From Polynucleobacter sp. (GTDB lineage: Bacteria; Pseudomonadota; Gammaproteobacteria; Burkholderiales; Burkholderiaceae), in the NCBI GenBank assembly GCA_040400535.1, contig JBBAQC010000007.1, forward strand, positions 34,193 through 98,192: DNA of 64,000 bases, in the 5' to 3' direction. The first letter of the stretch is position 1; every line of letters starts with the position of its first letter. Below the pieces are notes generated by a model that saw only the letters and a list, made by a program, of their open reading frames with translations, searched no databases and was not told where the DNA came from. Below are positions 1-9,107 of this stretch, piece after piece. The translations under genes and the position numbers were made by a program.

Positions 1-879
1 ATCTGCATTCTTGAGATAGGCTGCCAATCCATACTGCATTGGTGTATTTACAGTAAAGACATTAAACTGATGCACCTTACGAAACTCTTTCATCATGGCT
101 GCAGGTGCTGCGACGTAGCCCACTTTCCAGCCGGTGACGTGATAAGTTTTACCAAAACTCGAAACTAGAAAACTTCGGCTCGCTAAAGCAGGATGACTTG
201 CCACACTGACATGAGTAAAGCCGTCGTACACCATATGCTCATAAACCTCATCACTCAAGATCAGCGCATTAGTGCCTTTGACTAAATTGGCCAAGCGATC
301 AAGATCAGACTTTTGCCACACCATACCAGTGGGATTGTGTGGTGAGTTAATCATGATAAGTCTAGTTTTTAAATGAATTACTTTCGCAAGATCATCCCAA
401 GGGATTGAGTAAGAGCTCACATGATCTTGTTCATCACGATTTGCAATTAAAGATACTGCGATGGTTTTACCGCCAGCCAAATCAATCGCCGGGCGATAAC
501 AATCAAAAGCAGGTTCAATAATGACGACCTCATCTCCGGGAGATACACAGGACAAGATCGCGGTCATGACGCCCTGGGTACCACCAGCAGTGATGGTGAT
601 ATCTGAATCAGGATCGTAGTTATGCCCGTACAGAGAAGCAATTTTTTGCGCCACACCTTGGCGCAATTGCGCAATTCCCGCCATGGGGGGATATTGGTTG
701 TGATCAGCCAGCATCGCAGCGTTCACTTGCTCTATGAGGGCCCGATCGCAGGGAAAGTCTGGAAAACCTTGCCCTAAATTAATCGCCTGATGCTCTGTTG
801 CAAGGGCAGACATGACAGTAAAGACGGTTGTGCCCACCTCGGGCAGGCGACTGGGAAACTCTGGTGTGAGAGGGCTCAT
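1..879 (-). CDS. PLP-dependent class I aminotransferase (methionine aminotransferase YbdL-like), partial; the 3' end runs off the window
   Basis: Not in the ORF track because it is truncated by the window edge. My own translation of the minus strand from the ATG (complement of 877-879) gives MSPLTPEFPSRLPEVGTTVFTVMSALATEHQAINLGQGFPDFP... with no stop down to position 1. It contains the PLP-lysine motif SSFGKTYHVTGWKVGY. Confidence 0.85.
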   Translation of the reverse strand, partial: MSPLTPEFPSRLPEVGTTVFTVMSALATEHQAINLGQGFPDFPCDRALIEQVNAAMLADHNQYPPMAGIAQLRQGVAQKIASLYGHNYDPDSDITITAGGTQGVMTAILSCVSPGDEVVIIEPAFDCYRPAIDLAGGKTIAVSLIANRDEQDHVSSYSIPWDDLAKVIHLKTRLIMINSPHNPTGMVWQKSDLDRLANLVKGTNALILSDEVYEHMVYDGFTHVSVASHPALASRSFLVSSFGKTYHVTGWKVGYVAAPAAMMKEFRKVHQFNVFTVNTPMQYGLAAYLKNAD

Positions 880-956
880 TTGGTCCATGCAGTCGGTTTA
901 GGGCAAATAAGGGAGGTAGTCGCTAGAATGGTGGAAATTCATTCTCAAATTGTGCC

Positions 957-1733
957 ATGTTGATCGTCCTTTCACCTGCTAAATCCCTAGACTACAAAAC
1001 CCCAGCCCCAGTGAAAGCACCCACTTTGCCGGAGTTCGTCACTGAATCGGCTAAATTGATTGCCGAGCTAAAAAAGCTGTCGCCCCAGGATATCGCTGAT
1101 CTTATGGGTTTATCAGATCAGTTGGCCGCGCTCAATGTGGGGCGCTATCGCGATTGGTCCAAGAAATTCACTGCAGAAAATAGTAAGCCAGCCATCTATG
1201 CTTTCAATGGTGATGTCTATGATGGGTTTGACGTCAAGACCCTCAATACCAAGGCTCTGGATTTTGCTCAGGACCATCTGCGGATTCTCTCTGGTCTCTA
1301 TGGGGCACTCAGACCTTTGGATTTAATGCAGCCTTATCGTCTAGAGATGGGCACTTCTTTTGAAAATGCCCGGGGCAAAGATCTTTATGCCTTTTGGGGG
1401 GAGCGGGTCACGAACTCACTCAAAGAGATTTTGGAGAAACAAAAAAAACCGGTGCTCCTCAATTTAGCCTCACAAGAATATTTCAAGGTATTGCAGGCTA
1501 AGAGTTTTGCTTGCCCGGTGATTGCTCCAGTATTTCAGGACGGCAAAGATGGCAAGTTCAAAATTATTTCCTTCTATGCCAAGCGAGCTAGGGGCTTGAT
1601 GGCCCGCTATGTGGTTGAAAACCGCATTACCGATCCCGCAGATTTACAAGGTTTTAATTTAGATGGCTATAAATATGTTGCCTCTGAATCCAAACTAGAA
1701 AAACCTGTATTCCGACGTCCTGAAAGAAAGTAG
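957..1733 (+). CDS. yaaA: YaaA-family peroxide stress protein (UPF0246/DUF328)
   Basis: 258 aa. The N-terminus [12 protein letters not shown] and the overall length are typical of YaaA. Confidence 0.9.
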   Translation: MLIVLSPAKSLDYKTPAPVKAPTLPEFVTESAKLIAELKKLSPQDIADLMGLSDQLAALNVGRYRDWSKKFTAENSKPAIYAFNGDVYDGFDVKTLNTKALDFAQDHLRILSGLYGALRPLDLMQPYRLEMGTSFENARGKDLYAFWGERVTNSLKEILEKQKKPVLLNLASQEYFKVLQAKSFACPVIAPVFQDGKDGKFKIISFYAKRARGLMARYVVENRITDPADLQGFNLDGYKYVASESKLEKPVFRRPERK

Positions 1734-1744
1734 GAGAGTGCACT

Positions 1745-2956
1745 ATGGCTGTTCATCGCACTAAATCCTCGCAGCGTGCCTCACCCGATGTGGAGCGCTT
1801 GGTAGCAGATGCCATCTCTTTAGCGGCATCTGGTAGCCATATTGAAGATCAGTTTTGGGAAGAGCGCTTAAACGTGCGCTTAATGCGTTTACTAAAAAGT
1901 CAGAATCAGAATGTGATTGACGCTGCACTTGACCAAACCTTTCGGATCAATACGGTAGCTTTTGAAGTCTTGGCTGATTTAGCGGAAACACTCGCTGAGT
2001 CATTGCCGCTAGAACATGATGCTCAACTTTGGGACGTGTTGTTGTTAGCTCTACCGATCGTTGCGCATACTCGTTATCAAATTCCCTCAGGCGCACTTCC
2101 CGTGAGCGTGATTGAGTCTACTGCCGCTGCATTGCATAGTCACATTGCTTCACCAGATACTCGCCTAGCGATCATTCCTTGGCTTTACAGCATTGATCAA
2201 ATGCCGCATTCTCATTGCCAGACGCGTTTACTCACCGAAGCTTTGGCTACCGCCGCAATTACTTCAAGCGAAATTAAGATTGAGCTACGCGAGATGTCAG
2301 AGACCATTGCCGTATTGGCTGATCCACGATTTATTATTGCCGCTATTGCCGCTCCATCTGGAACGCCATTATTTCGCTGGCAAGCTGAAGTTCCTGCACG
2401 TCAAGAGCGGGGGGTTAGTTTGATTGGGTGGCAAAACGCCATGCAAGAACCAGTAGCCTCACTCTTGCCTGGCTGCGAGTTCGAGCTATTGCTTCCGGAA
2501 GCGTACTTTACTAACTGTCGTTTGGCAGACAAGCAAGTCCGTCCTTTAAGCATTCGGGCTGCTGCCAATTTTCTTGAAAGTACTCTCGGCGTATTGCCCG
2601 CTGGATTATCTTGTGTGGTCGGCGCATTTGGCGAGGATCAAGCCGATGAGTACCGAATTTCATTCAGCATCAAAGGTTCGCCTGAGATTGTGTATGGCGT
2701 GATTTGGCCTTTGTATGATCGCGAGACCGTGGCCAATGATGCACTCAATGATTTGGCAGATGATGACAGTCCGATGAAGCGCATTGCTGATGCACTTCGT
2801 GATGCCGGTGTCGAAGATGTATTTCGACATGCCATGCTTTTTGATCCGGAGCTTTGTGATGATTGTGGAGCGCCGCTGTTTCCTGATCGATCGGGTGAAG
2901 CTGTGCACGCCGAGTTGCCAGAAGACGCGCCGATTCAGCAACCCTTATTTCACTGA
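1745..2956 (+). CDS. Conserved hypothetical protein (possibly the DUF2863 family of betaproteobacteria)
   Basis: A 403-aa ORF starting 12 nt after yaaA, with no competing frame. I recognised no catalytic motif. It has a C-terminal CDDCG motif. The family name is from memory and unverified. Confidence 0.65.
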   Translation: MAVHRTKSSQRASPDVERLVADAISLAASGSHIEDQFWEERLNVRLMRLLKSQNQNVIDAALDQTFRINTVAFEVLADLAETLAESLPLEHDAQLWDVLLLALPIVAHTRYQIPSGALPVSVIESTAAALHSHIASPDTRLAIIPWLYSIDQMPHSHCQTRLLTEALATAAITSSEIKIELREMSETIAVLADPRFIIAAIAAPSGTPLFRWQAEVPARQERGVSLIGWQNAMQEPVASLLPGCEFELLLPEAYFTNCRLADKQVRPLSIRAAANFLESTLGVLPAGLSCVVGAFGEDQADEYRISFSIKGSPEIVYGVIWPLYDRETVANDALNDLADDDSPMKRIADALRDAGVEDVFRHAMLFDPELCDDCGAPLFPDRSGEAVHAELPEDAPIQQPLFH

Positions 2957-3004
2957 CTTATTCACTAAGCCTCACTTAGTTAAGATAGGCACCAGTAAAG
3001 CCAA

Positions 3005-3036
3005 TAAAAAAGCCGAGAGTGTCTCGGCTTTTTTGT
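3005..3036. terminator. Bidirectional intrinsic terminator between convergent genes
   Basis: AAAAAA-AGCCGAGA-GTG-TCTCGGCT-TTTTTT: an 8-bp GC-rich stem flanked by an A-tract and a T-tract. Confidence 0.8.
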
Positions 3037-3052
3037 TTTGCAGCAGTTTGAA

Positions 3053-3427
3053 TCAGTTTTGTACGAAAGGCTCTGCATTGGCAAACAAGTGCGGGAGTTT
3101 GCCAGTCCGCATTTCAGCAGTTTGGCAAAAATCCGCAAGTCGAGTGCCGGACTTGATATTGAAGAGCATGGCTTTATTACCCAGCACTACTAAATCATGA
3201 CCAGTATTCGTATTCTTGTAACGCAAGCTTCCTGGTAAAGAATTTTCGCGCTTGAGATCAAAGGTTTTAGATTCCCAAGTGAGGCGAACGGTTTCAGCTG
3301 TTCCGGAAGTTTTAAATTGCTTACTCTCGCTGCAAGTCCAGGTGGATATTTCTTCGGCGGCAATGACTGCTCCCGAACCTAAGAGTCCAGTGATAGCCAC
3401 GCTGGCGATGAGTAGAATTTGCTTCAT
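3053..3427 (-). CDS. Small secreted protein, possibly an MliC/PliC-like lysozyme-inhibitor fold
   Basis: 124 aa with a Sec signal peptide (MKQILLIASVAITGLLGSGAVIAAEE) and no lipobox. It has two Cys (TWTC...DFCQ) and an SLPGSLRY segment resembling the MliC SASGARY region. An AAGGA Shine-Dalgarno (SD) is present, and the gene starts 11 nt downstream of mdh. Confidence 0.55.
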   Translation of the reverse strand: MKQILLIASVAITGLLGSGAVIAAEEISTWTCSESKQFKTSGTAETVRLTWESKTFDLKRENSLPGSLRYKNTNTGHDLVVLGNKAMLFNIKSGTRLADFCQTAEMRTGKLPHLFANAEPFVQN

Positions 3428-3438
3428 GGTTTAAATCC

Positions 3439-4428
3439 TTATGTAAGGAGATGCTTAACGCCGGCTTGTTCCTCAAGTAATTCGTTGAGAGTGTGGTTCA
3501 TACGCTCACGTGAAAACTCATCAATTTCTAAGCCTTCAATCATCTTGTATTCACCGTTTTCACAAACTACAGGATAGCCGTAAATGACTTCCGCTGGAAT
3601 ACCATATTCACCTTTAGACGGAATACCCATAGTGACCCATTTGCCATTGCTACCCAAAACCCAATCATGCATATGATCAATTGCTGCATTCGCAGCAGAG
3701 GCGGCAGAAGAAAGTCCGCGAGCTTCAATAATGGCAGCACCGCGCTTGCCTACTGTTGGGATAAAAGTGTCTTTGTTCCAGGCGGCATCATTGATGCTGT
3801 CTTTTACGGATTGACCGCCGACCGTTGCAAAGCGGTAATCTGGATACATGGTTGGGCTATGGTTGCCCCAAACCACTAGTTTTTCGATGTCAGCAACGGG
3901 CTTATTGAGCTTACTAGCCAATTGTGAAAGCGCGCGGTTGTGATCTAGGCGCAACATGGCAGTGAAGTTTTTTGCTGGGATATCTGGAGCAGATTTCATG
4001 GCGATGTAGGCATTGGTATTTGCCGGGTTACCTACAACCAATACTTTGACAGTCTTCTTGGCGACCGCGTTTAATGCTTTGCCTTGTGCTGTGAAGATTT
4101 GCGCATTGGCAGAAAGCAAATCTTTGCGTTCCATGCCAGGACCACGCGGGCGAGCGCCAACCAATAAAGCCACATCAATATCTTTGAAGGCTGTCATGGG
4201 GTCTGAATGCGCTGTCATGCCTGCTAGCAAGGGAAATGCGCAATCGTCTAGCTCCATCATGACGCCAGCTAAGGCTTTTTGCGCTTTTTCATCAGGGATT
4301 TCAAGTAATTGGAGGATTACTGGCTGATCTTTACCCAATAAATCACCGTTGGCGATGCGAAAGAGGAGTGAATATCCGATTTGACCGGCTGCACCGGTGA
4401 CTGCAACACGCATTGGGGCTTTTGCCAT
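3439..4428 (-). CDS. mdh: Malate dehydrogenase
   Basis: 329 aa with the NAD-binding motif [12 protein letters not shown]. Full-length similarity to the LDH-like MDH family. Confidence 0.97.
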   Translation of the reverse strand: MAKAPMRVAVTGAAGQIGYSLLFRIANGDLLGKDQPVILQLLEIPDEKAQKALAGVMMELDDCAFPLLAGMTAHSDPMTAFKDIDVALLVGARPRGPGMERKDLLSANAQIFTAQGKALNAVAKKTVKVLVVGNPANTNAYIAMKSAPDIPAKNFTAMLRLDHNRALSQLASKLNKPVADIEKLVVWGNHSPTMYPDYRFATVGGQSVKDSINDAAWNKDTFIPTVGKRGAAIIEARGLSSAASAANAAIDHMHDWVLGSNGKWVTMGIPSKGEYGIPAEVIYGYPVVCENGEYKMIEGLEIDEFSRERMNHTLNELLEEQAGVKHLLT

Positions 4429-4510
4429 TACTAATAACTCCAGTTAAGGTTTATAAAATTTTTTCTATTATCCATTCAAGTGTAAGGACTTTCGATTTAC
4501 ACTCTCAATG

Positions 4511-4522
4511 TCTTATATAAGA
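4511..4522. promoter_or_regulatory. Perfect 12-bp palindrome TCTTATATAAGA in the mdh/GntR divergent intergenic region; candidate operator
   Basis: Read directly from the sequence. It sits within an 18-bp near-palindrome, ATGTCTTATATAAGATAT, and is followed by the tandem repeat AGATATG AGATATG (4520-4533). Confidence 0.3.
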
Positions 4523-4570
4523 TATGAGATATGTCTGATTTTATCCAAAATAAGCTGTACTGGAGTTAAT

Positions 4571-5308
4571 TTGCCACTAATATCCGAACCGGTTGCCTCA
4601 TTTAGCCCGCTCTATGAGCAAATCAAAGCCATGATTTTGGCAAGCTTGCAGGCCTCAGAATGGTTGCCTGGGGATGCTATCCCCAGCGAAATCGAGCTCG
4701 CAGCCCGTTATGCCGTGAGTCAAGGCACAGTGCGCAAGGCAATTGATGAGTTGGCAGCTCAAAACTTATTGGTTCGTCGCCAGGGGAAGGGCACTTTTGT
4801 TGCTACACATCAAGAAGAAGACTTTCAGTATCGTTTTTTACGCCTTGAGCCTGACTCTGGCCATAAATTACATCTTAAAAATCAGTTTTTAGCCTGTCAA
4901 AACATCCAAGCCGATGCTTTTGTAGCTCAACTGCTCAAATTAAAGGCAGGTGACCCCGTCATACGTATTGATCGGGTCCAAAGCGCTGCAGGTCGCCCGA
5001 TTGTTTTTGAGGAGATTTGGTTGCCTGAAGGGCGCTTTAAGGGTCTCACCATGGAGGCGCTCATTGCTTGGCCAGGACCGATGTATGCCTTCTATGAAAG
5101 TCAGTACGCCATTCATATGGTGCGGGCTGAAGAGAAGATTAAAGCAATCTTGGCGAATCGGGATTTGGCGAAGAATTTACAGATTCCCGAGGGCACTGCT
5201 TTGCTCTCAGTTGAGCGTGTGGCTTTTACCTACGGCAATAAACCAGTAGAAATTCGGCGTGCCAGATATGACACTTCTGAGCAGCACTATGACAATAAAT
5301 TACACTAG
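4571..5308 (+). CDS. GntR-family transcriptional regulator with a UTRA effector domain (HutC subfamily)
   Basis: Winged-helix region LPGDAIPSEIELAARYAVSQGTVRKAIDELA. I moved the start from the track ATG at 4508 to the in-frame TTG at 4571. That TTG has a GGAG SD 5 nt upstream and gives the usual length of about 245 aa. Confidence 0.85.
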   Translation: MPLISEPVASFSPLYEQIKAMILASLQASEWLPGDAIPSEIELAARYAVSQGTVRKAIDELAAQNLLVRRQGKGTFVATHQEEDFQYRFLRLEPDSGHKLHLKNQFLACQNIQADAFVAQLLKLKAGDPVIRIDRVQSAAGRPIVFEEIWLPEGRFKGLTMEALIAWPGPMYAFYESQYAIHMVRAEEKIKAILANRDLAKNLQIPEGTALLSVERVAFTYGNKPVEIRRARYDTSEQHYDNKLH

Positions 5309-5441
5309 AGAGTACACTCTAAAAGAGAAAAACCCCTTTTTAACCCCTTTAAACGCTAAATTTTACAATTCCCCTAAGGTTTCCAATAGAATATGTTGCA
5401 ACACAACAAAACCACAATGAACCTCCACCGAAAGAACGAGA

Positions 5442-5867
5442 TTGCCCATGGTTGATACACAGCAAGATGTAAAAAAAGATAGACCTGTTTATAAAAACAT
5501 CGGTCTTGCCCAGCTGATCAAGTACCGCCTGCCATGGGCTGGAAAAGTATCTATCCTGCACCGCCTTAGCGGCGCAGCTTTGTTCTTAACCCTGCCTTTT
5601 TTGCTCTACCTGTTTGATCAAAGCTTGGCTTCAGAAGTGAGTTACCTTAAGTTTCAGGCAATTACTGACAATATTTTGGTCAAAATCATTCTGTTGGGAC
5701 TAATTTGGTCTTTCTTGCACCATTTCTGTGCAGGAATTCGCTATCTTTTACTGGACTTGGAAATCGGCGTTGAGAAGGTCGATGCCAACCGGTCAGCAAT
5801 CATTGTTTTTTCTTTAGGCCTTGTTTTGACTGCAGTGGTTGGCCTCAAATTATTCGGCTTGTACTAA
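5442..5867 (+). CDS. sdhC: Succinate dehydrogenase cytochrome b556 subunit
   Basis: 141 aa, three predicted TM helices, located first in the sdhCDAB order. Confidence 0.9.
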   Translation: MPMVDTQQDVKKDRPVYKNIGLAQLIKYRLPWAGKVSILHRLSGAALFLTLPFLLYLFDQSLASEVSYLKFQAITDNILVKIILLGLIWSFLHHFCAGIRYLLLDLEIGVEKVDANRSAIIVFSLGLVLTAVVGLKLFGLY

Positions 5868-5891
5868 GTACCCATCATCTAAGGAAATTTC

Positions 5892-6257
5892 ATGCCTATT
5901 TATCAAATTGGACCAAAGCGTTTAGTGGTTGGCGCTCATTACGGTCTAAAAGAATGGATTATTCAGCGTGCGACTGCCATCGTGATGGTAGTTTTTACGA
6001 TCGTTTTGCTGTTGGACTACAGCATCACCGGTAGTGCTACTTATGAAGGTTGGGCTGGATTGTTTAGCAATCAGTTCATGAAGCTGTTAACACTGTTATT
6101 TTTCATCAGCTTGTTCTATCACGCTTGGATTGGCATCCGTGATATTTGGATGGATTACATCAAGCCTGTCAGCATTCGGTTAACGCTGCAAGTGCTCACT
6201 GTTTTATATCTCGTAGCCTGTGCGGCCTACGCCGTACAAATTTTGTGGAAAGTGTAA
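5892..6257 (+). CDS. sdhD: Succinate dehydrogenase hydrophobic membrane anchor
   Basis: 121 aa membrane protein between sdhC and sdhA. Confidence 0.9.
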   Translation: MPIYQIGPKRLVVGAHYGLKEWIIQRATAIVMVVFTIVLLLDYSITGSATYEGWAGLFSNQFMKLLTLLFFISLFYHAWIGIRDIWMDYIKPVSIRLTLQVLTVLYLVACAAYAVQILWKV

Positions 6258-6261
6258 TTTA

Positions 6262-8040
6262 ATGACCGCGATTAAAAAAGTTTTACCGCGACGCCGTTTT
6301 GACGCTGTAATTATTGGCGCCGGTGGTTCTGGTATGCGCGCCTCACTGCAATTGGCCGAAGCTGGCCTGAACGTTGCGGTGTTAACTAAAGTTTTTCCAA
6401 CCCGTTCACATACGGTTGCTGCACAAGGCGGTATTGGCGCCTCGCTTGGCAATATGAGCGAAGACAACTGGCACTATCATTTTTACGACACCATTAAAGG
6501 CTCTGACTGGTTAGGTGATCAGGATGTGATTGAGTTTATGTGTCGTGAAGCACCTAAGGTGGTTTACGAGTTAGAGCACTTTGGCATGCCTTTTGACCGA
6601 AATCCTGATGGCACAATTTATCAGCGCCCATTTGGTGGCCACACTGCAAATTATGGTGAGAAGCCAGTTCAACGTGCTTGTGCTGCCGCTGACCGAACTG
6701 GTCATGCGATGTTGCACACTTTGTATCAGCGTAATGTTCGGGCAAAAACCAATTTCTTTGTTGAGTGGTTAGCACTTGACTTGATTCGTGACGATGCGGG
6801 TGACGTGGTAGGTGTGACCGCGCTCGAAATGGAAACTGGCGAGATTTATATCCTCGAGGCAAAAGTAGTATTGATGGCTACAGGCGGCGCTGGTCGTATC
6901 TGGGACGCATCTACCAATGCCTTTATTAACACTGGTGACGGTATGGGCCTGGCAGCCCGCTCGGGTATTCCATTGGAAGATATGGAGTTCTGGCAATTTC
7001 ACCCAACCGGCGTTGCTGGCGCTGGTGTTTTGTTGACAGAAGGCTGTCGCGGCGAGGGTGGTATTTTGCGCAACAAAGATGGTGAGCGCTTCATGGAGCG
7101 TTATGCACCAACCTATAAGGATTTAGCGCCACGCGATTTCGTATCTCGCTGTATGGATCAAGAAATTAAAGAGGGGCGCGGTTGCGGCCCTAATGGTGAT
7201 TATGTAGTGCTTGATTTAACGCACATTGGTGCTGACACCATCATGAAGCGCTTGCCTTCCGTGTATGAGATTGGTATTAACTTTGCTAACGTGGATGTTA
7301 CCAAGGAGCCAATTCCGGTGGTGCCAACGATTCACTATCAGATGGGCGGCATTCCGACCAATATCAATGGTCAGGTAGTTGTGCCTGCTAATGGTAAAAA
7401 GAATGAGATTGTTAATGGCCTGTATGCCATCGGTGAGTGCTCTTGTGTATCTGTTCACGGTGCAAACCGTTTGGGTACGAACTCTTTACTAGACTTATTG
7501 GTATTCGGTCGTGCAGCTGGTAATCACATTGTTGGCATGGATCTTAAGAATCGCGAATTTAAGGCATTACCTGCGAATGCTGGTGAGCAGACCCTCGCGC
7601 GAATTGCCGCACTGGACAACTCTACTGTAGGTGAATACGCACAAGATGTTGCAAACGATATTCGTAAAACTATGCAGAAGTATGCTGGCGTATTCCGCAA
7701 TCAAGAGCTGATGGACGAAGGTGTTCGTCAAATGGCGAAGCTGACTGAACGTGCTAAAAATTTATGGCTAAAAGATAAGTCCGCCATTTTTAATACAGCC
7801 CGCATCGAAGCCTTAGAAGTTGCGAACCTGATTGAGACTGCAAATGCAACGATGATTTCAGCAGCAGCCCGTACCGAGAGTCGTGGTGCGCATTCTCATG
7901 ATGATCATCAAGAGCGCGATGATGCCAATTGGATGAAGCATACGCTGTGGTTTAGCGAGGGCAACCGCTTAGATTACAAACCAGTGCAACTGAAGCCTTT
8001 AACAGTTGAGTCCTTCCCTCCTAAAGAACGTACTTTTTAA
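6262..8040 (+). CDS. sdhA: Succinate dehydrogenase flavoprotein subunit
   Basis: FAD-binding motif GAGGSGMRA and covalent-FAD histidine context RSHTVAAQGG. I took the start at the internal ATG 6262 (MTAIKKVLP...) to remove the overlap with sdhD. Confidence 0.97.
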   Translation: MTAIKKVLPRRRFDAVIIGAGGSGMRASLQLAEAGLNVAVLTKVFPTRSHTVAAQGGIGASLGNMSEDNWHYHFYDTIKGSDWLGDQDVIEFMCREAPKVVYELEHFGMPFDRNPDGTIYQRPFGGHTANYGEKPVQRACAAADRTGHAMLHTLYQRNVRAKTNFFVEWLALDLIRDDAGDVVGVTALEMETGEIYILEAKVVLMATGGAGRIWDASTNAFINTGDGMGLAARSGIPLEDMEFWQFHPTGVAGAGVLLTEGCRGEGGILRNKDGERFMERYAPTYKDLAPRDFVSRCMDQEIKEGRGCGPNGDYVVLDLTHIGADTIMKRLPSVYEIGINFANVDVTKEPIPVVPTIHYQMGGIPTNINGQVVVPANGKKNEIVNGLYAIGECSCVSVHGANRLGTNSLLDLLVFGRAAGNHIVGMDLKNREFKALPANAGEQTLARIAALDNSTVGEYAQDVANDIRKTMQKYAGVFRNQELMDEGVRQMAKLTERAKNLWLKDKSAIFNTARIEALEVANLIETANATMISAAARTESRGAHSHDDHQERDDANWMKHTLWFSEGNRLDYKPVQLKPLTVESFPPKERTF

Positions 8041-8056
8041 GCGAAGAGAAATAAAA

Positions 8057-8761
8057 ATGAGTGATATTCGTGTATTTGAAATTTACCGTTACGATCCCGA
8101 TGTCGATGCTGCTCCGCGTATGGAGCGTTACGAACTAGAATTAACTGGCGAGCGTATGCTCTTGGATGCTTTGATTTCCTTAAAAAAGCAAGATGAGAGC
8201 ATTACTTATCGCCGGTCCTGCCGTGAAGGTGTTTGTGGTTCTGATGCCATGAACATCAACGGTAAGAATGGCTTGGCTTGCTTAACGAATATGTTGACCT
8301 TGCCAAAAGTCATTACGCTGCGTCCATTACCTGGTTTGCCAGTCGTGCGCGATTTGATTGTCGATATGACTTTGTTCTTCAAGCAATATTTGTCAATCAA
8401 GCCTTACTTGGTAAATGACAATCCAGCCCCTGAAAAAGAGCGTTTGCAAAGCCCAGAAGAGCGCGAAGAACTCAATGGTTTGTATGAGTGTATTTTGTGT
8501 GCCTCATGCTCCACTGCATGCCCATCTTTTTGGTGGAACCCAGATAAGTTTGTTGGTCCAGCAGGTTTACTTCAGGCTTACCGCTTTATTGCGGACAGTC
8601 GTGATGAAGATACCGCGGCTCGCCTAGACAACTTGGAAGACCCATACCGTTTGTTCCGCTGCCATACCATCATGAATTGCGTGGATGTCTGTCCTAAACA
8701 TTTAAATCCAACCAAAGCTATTGGCAAGATTAAGGAATTGATGGTCCGTAGGGCAGTATGA
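8057..8761 (+). CDS. sdhB: Succinate dehydrogenase iron-sulfur subunit
   Basis: Three Cys clusters: CREGVCGSDAM..C, CILCASCSTACP and CHTIMNCVDVCP. Start taken at MSDIRVFEIYRY. Confidence 0.97.
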   Translation: MSDIRVFEIYRYDPDVDAAPRMERYELELTGERMLLDALISLKKQDESITYRRSCREGVCGSDAMNINGKNGLACLTNMLTLPKVITLRPLPGLPVVRDLIVDMTLFFKQYLSIKPYLVNDNPAPEKERLQSPEEREELNGLYECILCASCSTACPSFWWNPDKFVGPAGLLQAYRFIADSRDEDTAARLDNLEDPYRLFRCHTIMNCVDVCPKHLNPTKAIGKIKELMVRRAV

Positions 8762-9027
8762 CACTGAGTAATGCAGAGCTTTATCGTTTAAAGAGTGATG
8801 CCCGCAGAGGCTTACTCGAGAACGATTTAATTTTGCAGCGTTTTTTTGAGCGCTTTGGCGCGCAGATCGATGTGGCAGAGGGAAAAGTACTAACCCAGTT
8901 ATTGGCCCTAGAAGATAATGATTTGATGGATCTATTAATCGGTCGCAAGGACTCTGTCGCAGCTCTGGAAAATGAGGCTCAAGAAACCACTTTTAAGCTG
9001 GTTTTGGAGAAACTAAGACAGAAGTAA
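8758..9027 (+). CDS. sdhE: Succinate dehydrogenase assembly factor 2 (SdhE/DUF339)
   Basis: 89 aa with the RGxxE motif (RRGLLEND). An ATGA overlap with the sdhB stop suggests translational coupling. Confidence 0.85.
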   Translation: MTLSNAELYRLKSDARRGLLENDLILQRFFERFGAQIDVAEGKVLTQLLALEDNDLMDLLIGRKDSVAALENEAQETTFKLVLEKLRQK

Positions 9028-9107
9028 AGTGGAATTTGGTTTAATAGCAGTGTGTGAGCATGATCAAGTAAGGCATTAATCATCAATTGAATGACTAAGG
9101 ATTAAAA

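Noticed and set aside
4498-5320. Recurrence of the 8-mer TACACTCT on both sides of the GntR gene as evidence for an operator.
   Set aside because: About two chance occurrences of any 8-mer are expected in 64 kb counting both strands. It is kept only as a weak note inside another finding.
6220-6261. N-terminal extensions in the ORF track that overlap upstream genes. Affected genes: sdhA from 6220, sdhB from 8006, soxC from 31286, soxY from 33879, gloA to 49371, the bolA-family gene to 50520, mltG from 55296 and ybiT from 45858.
   Set aside because: In each case an internal start reproduces the conserved family N-terminus (for example MTAIKK.., MSDIRVFEIY, MNQQRRSL). These starts usually have a better SD and remove an implausible overlap.
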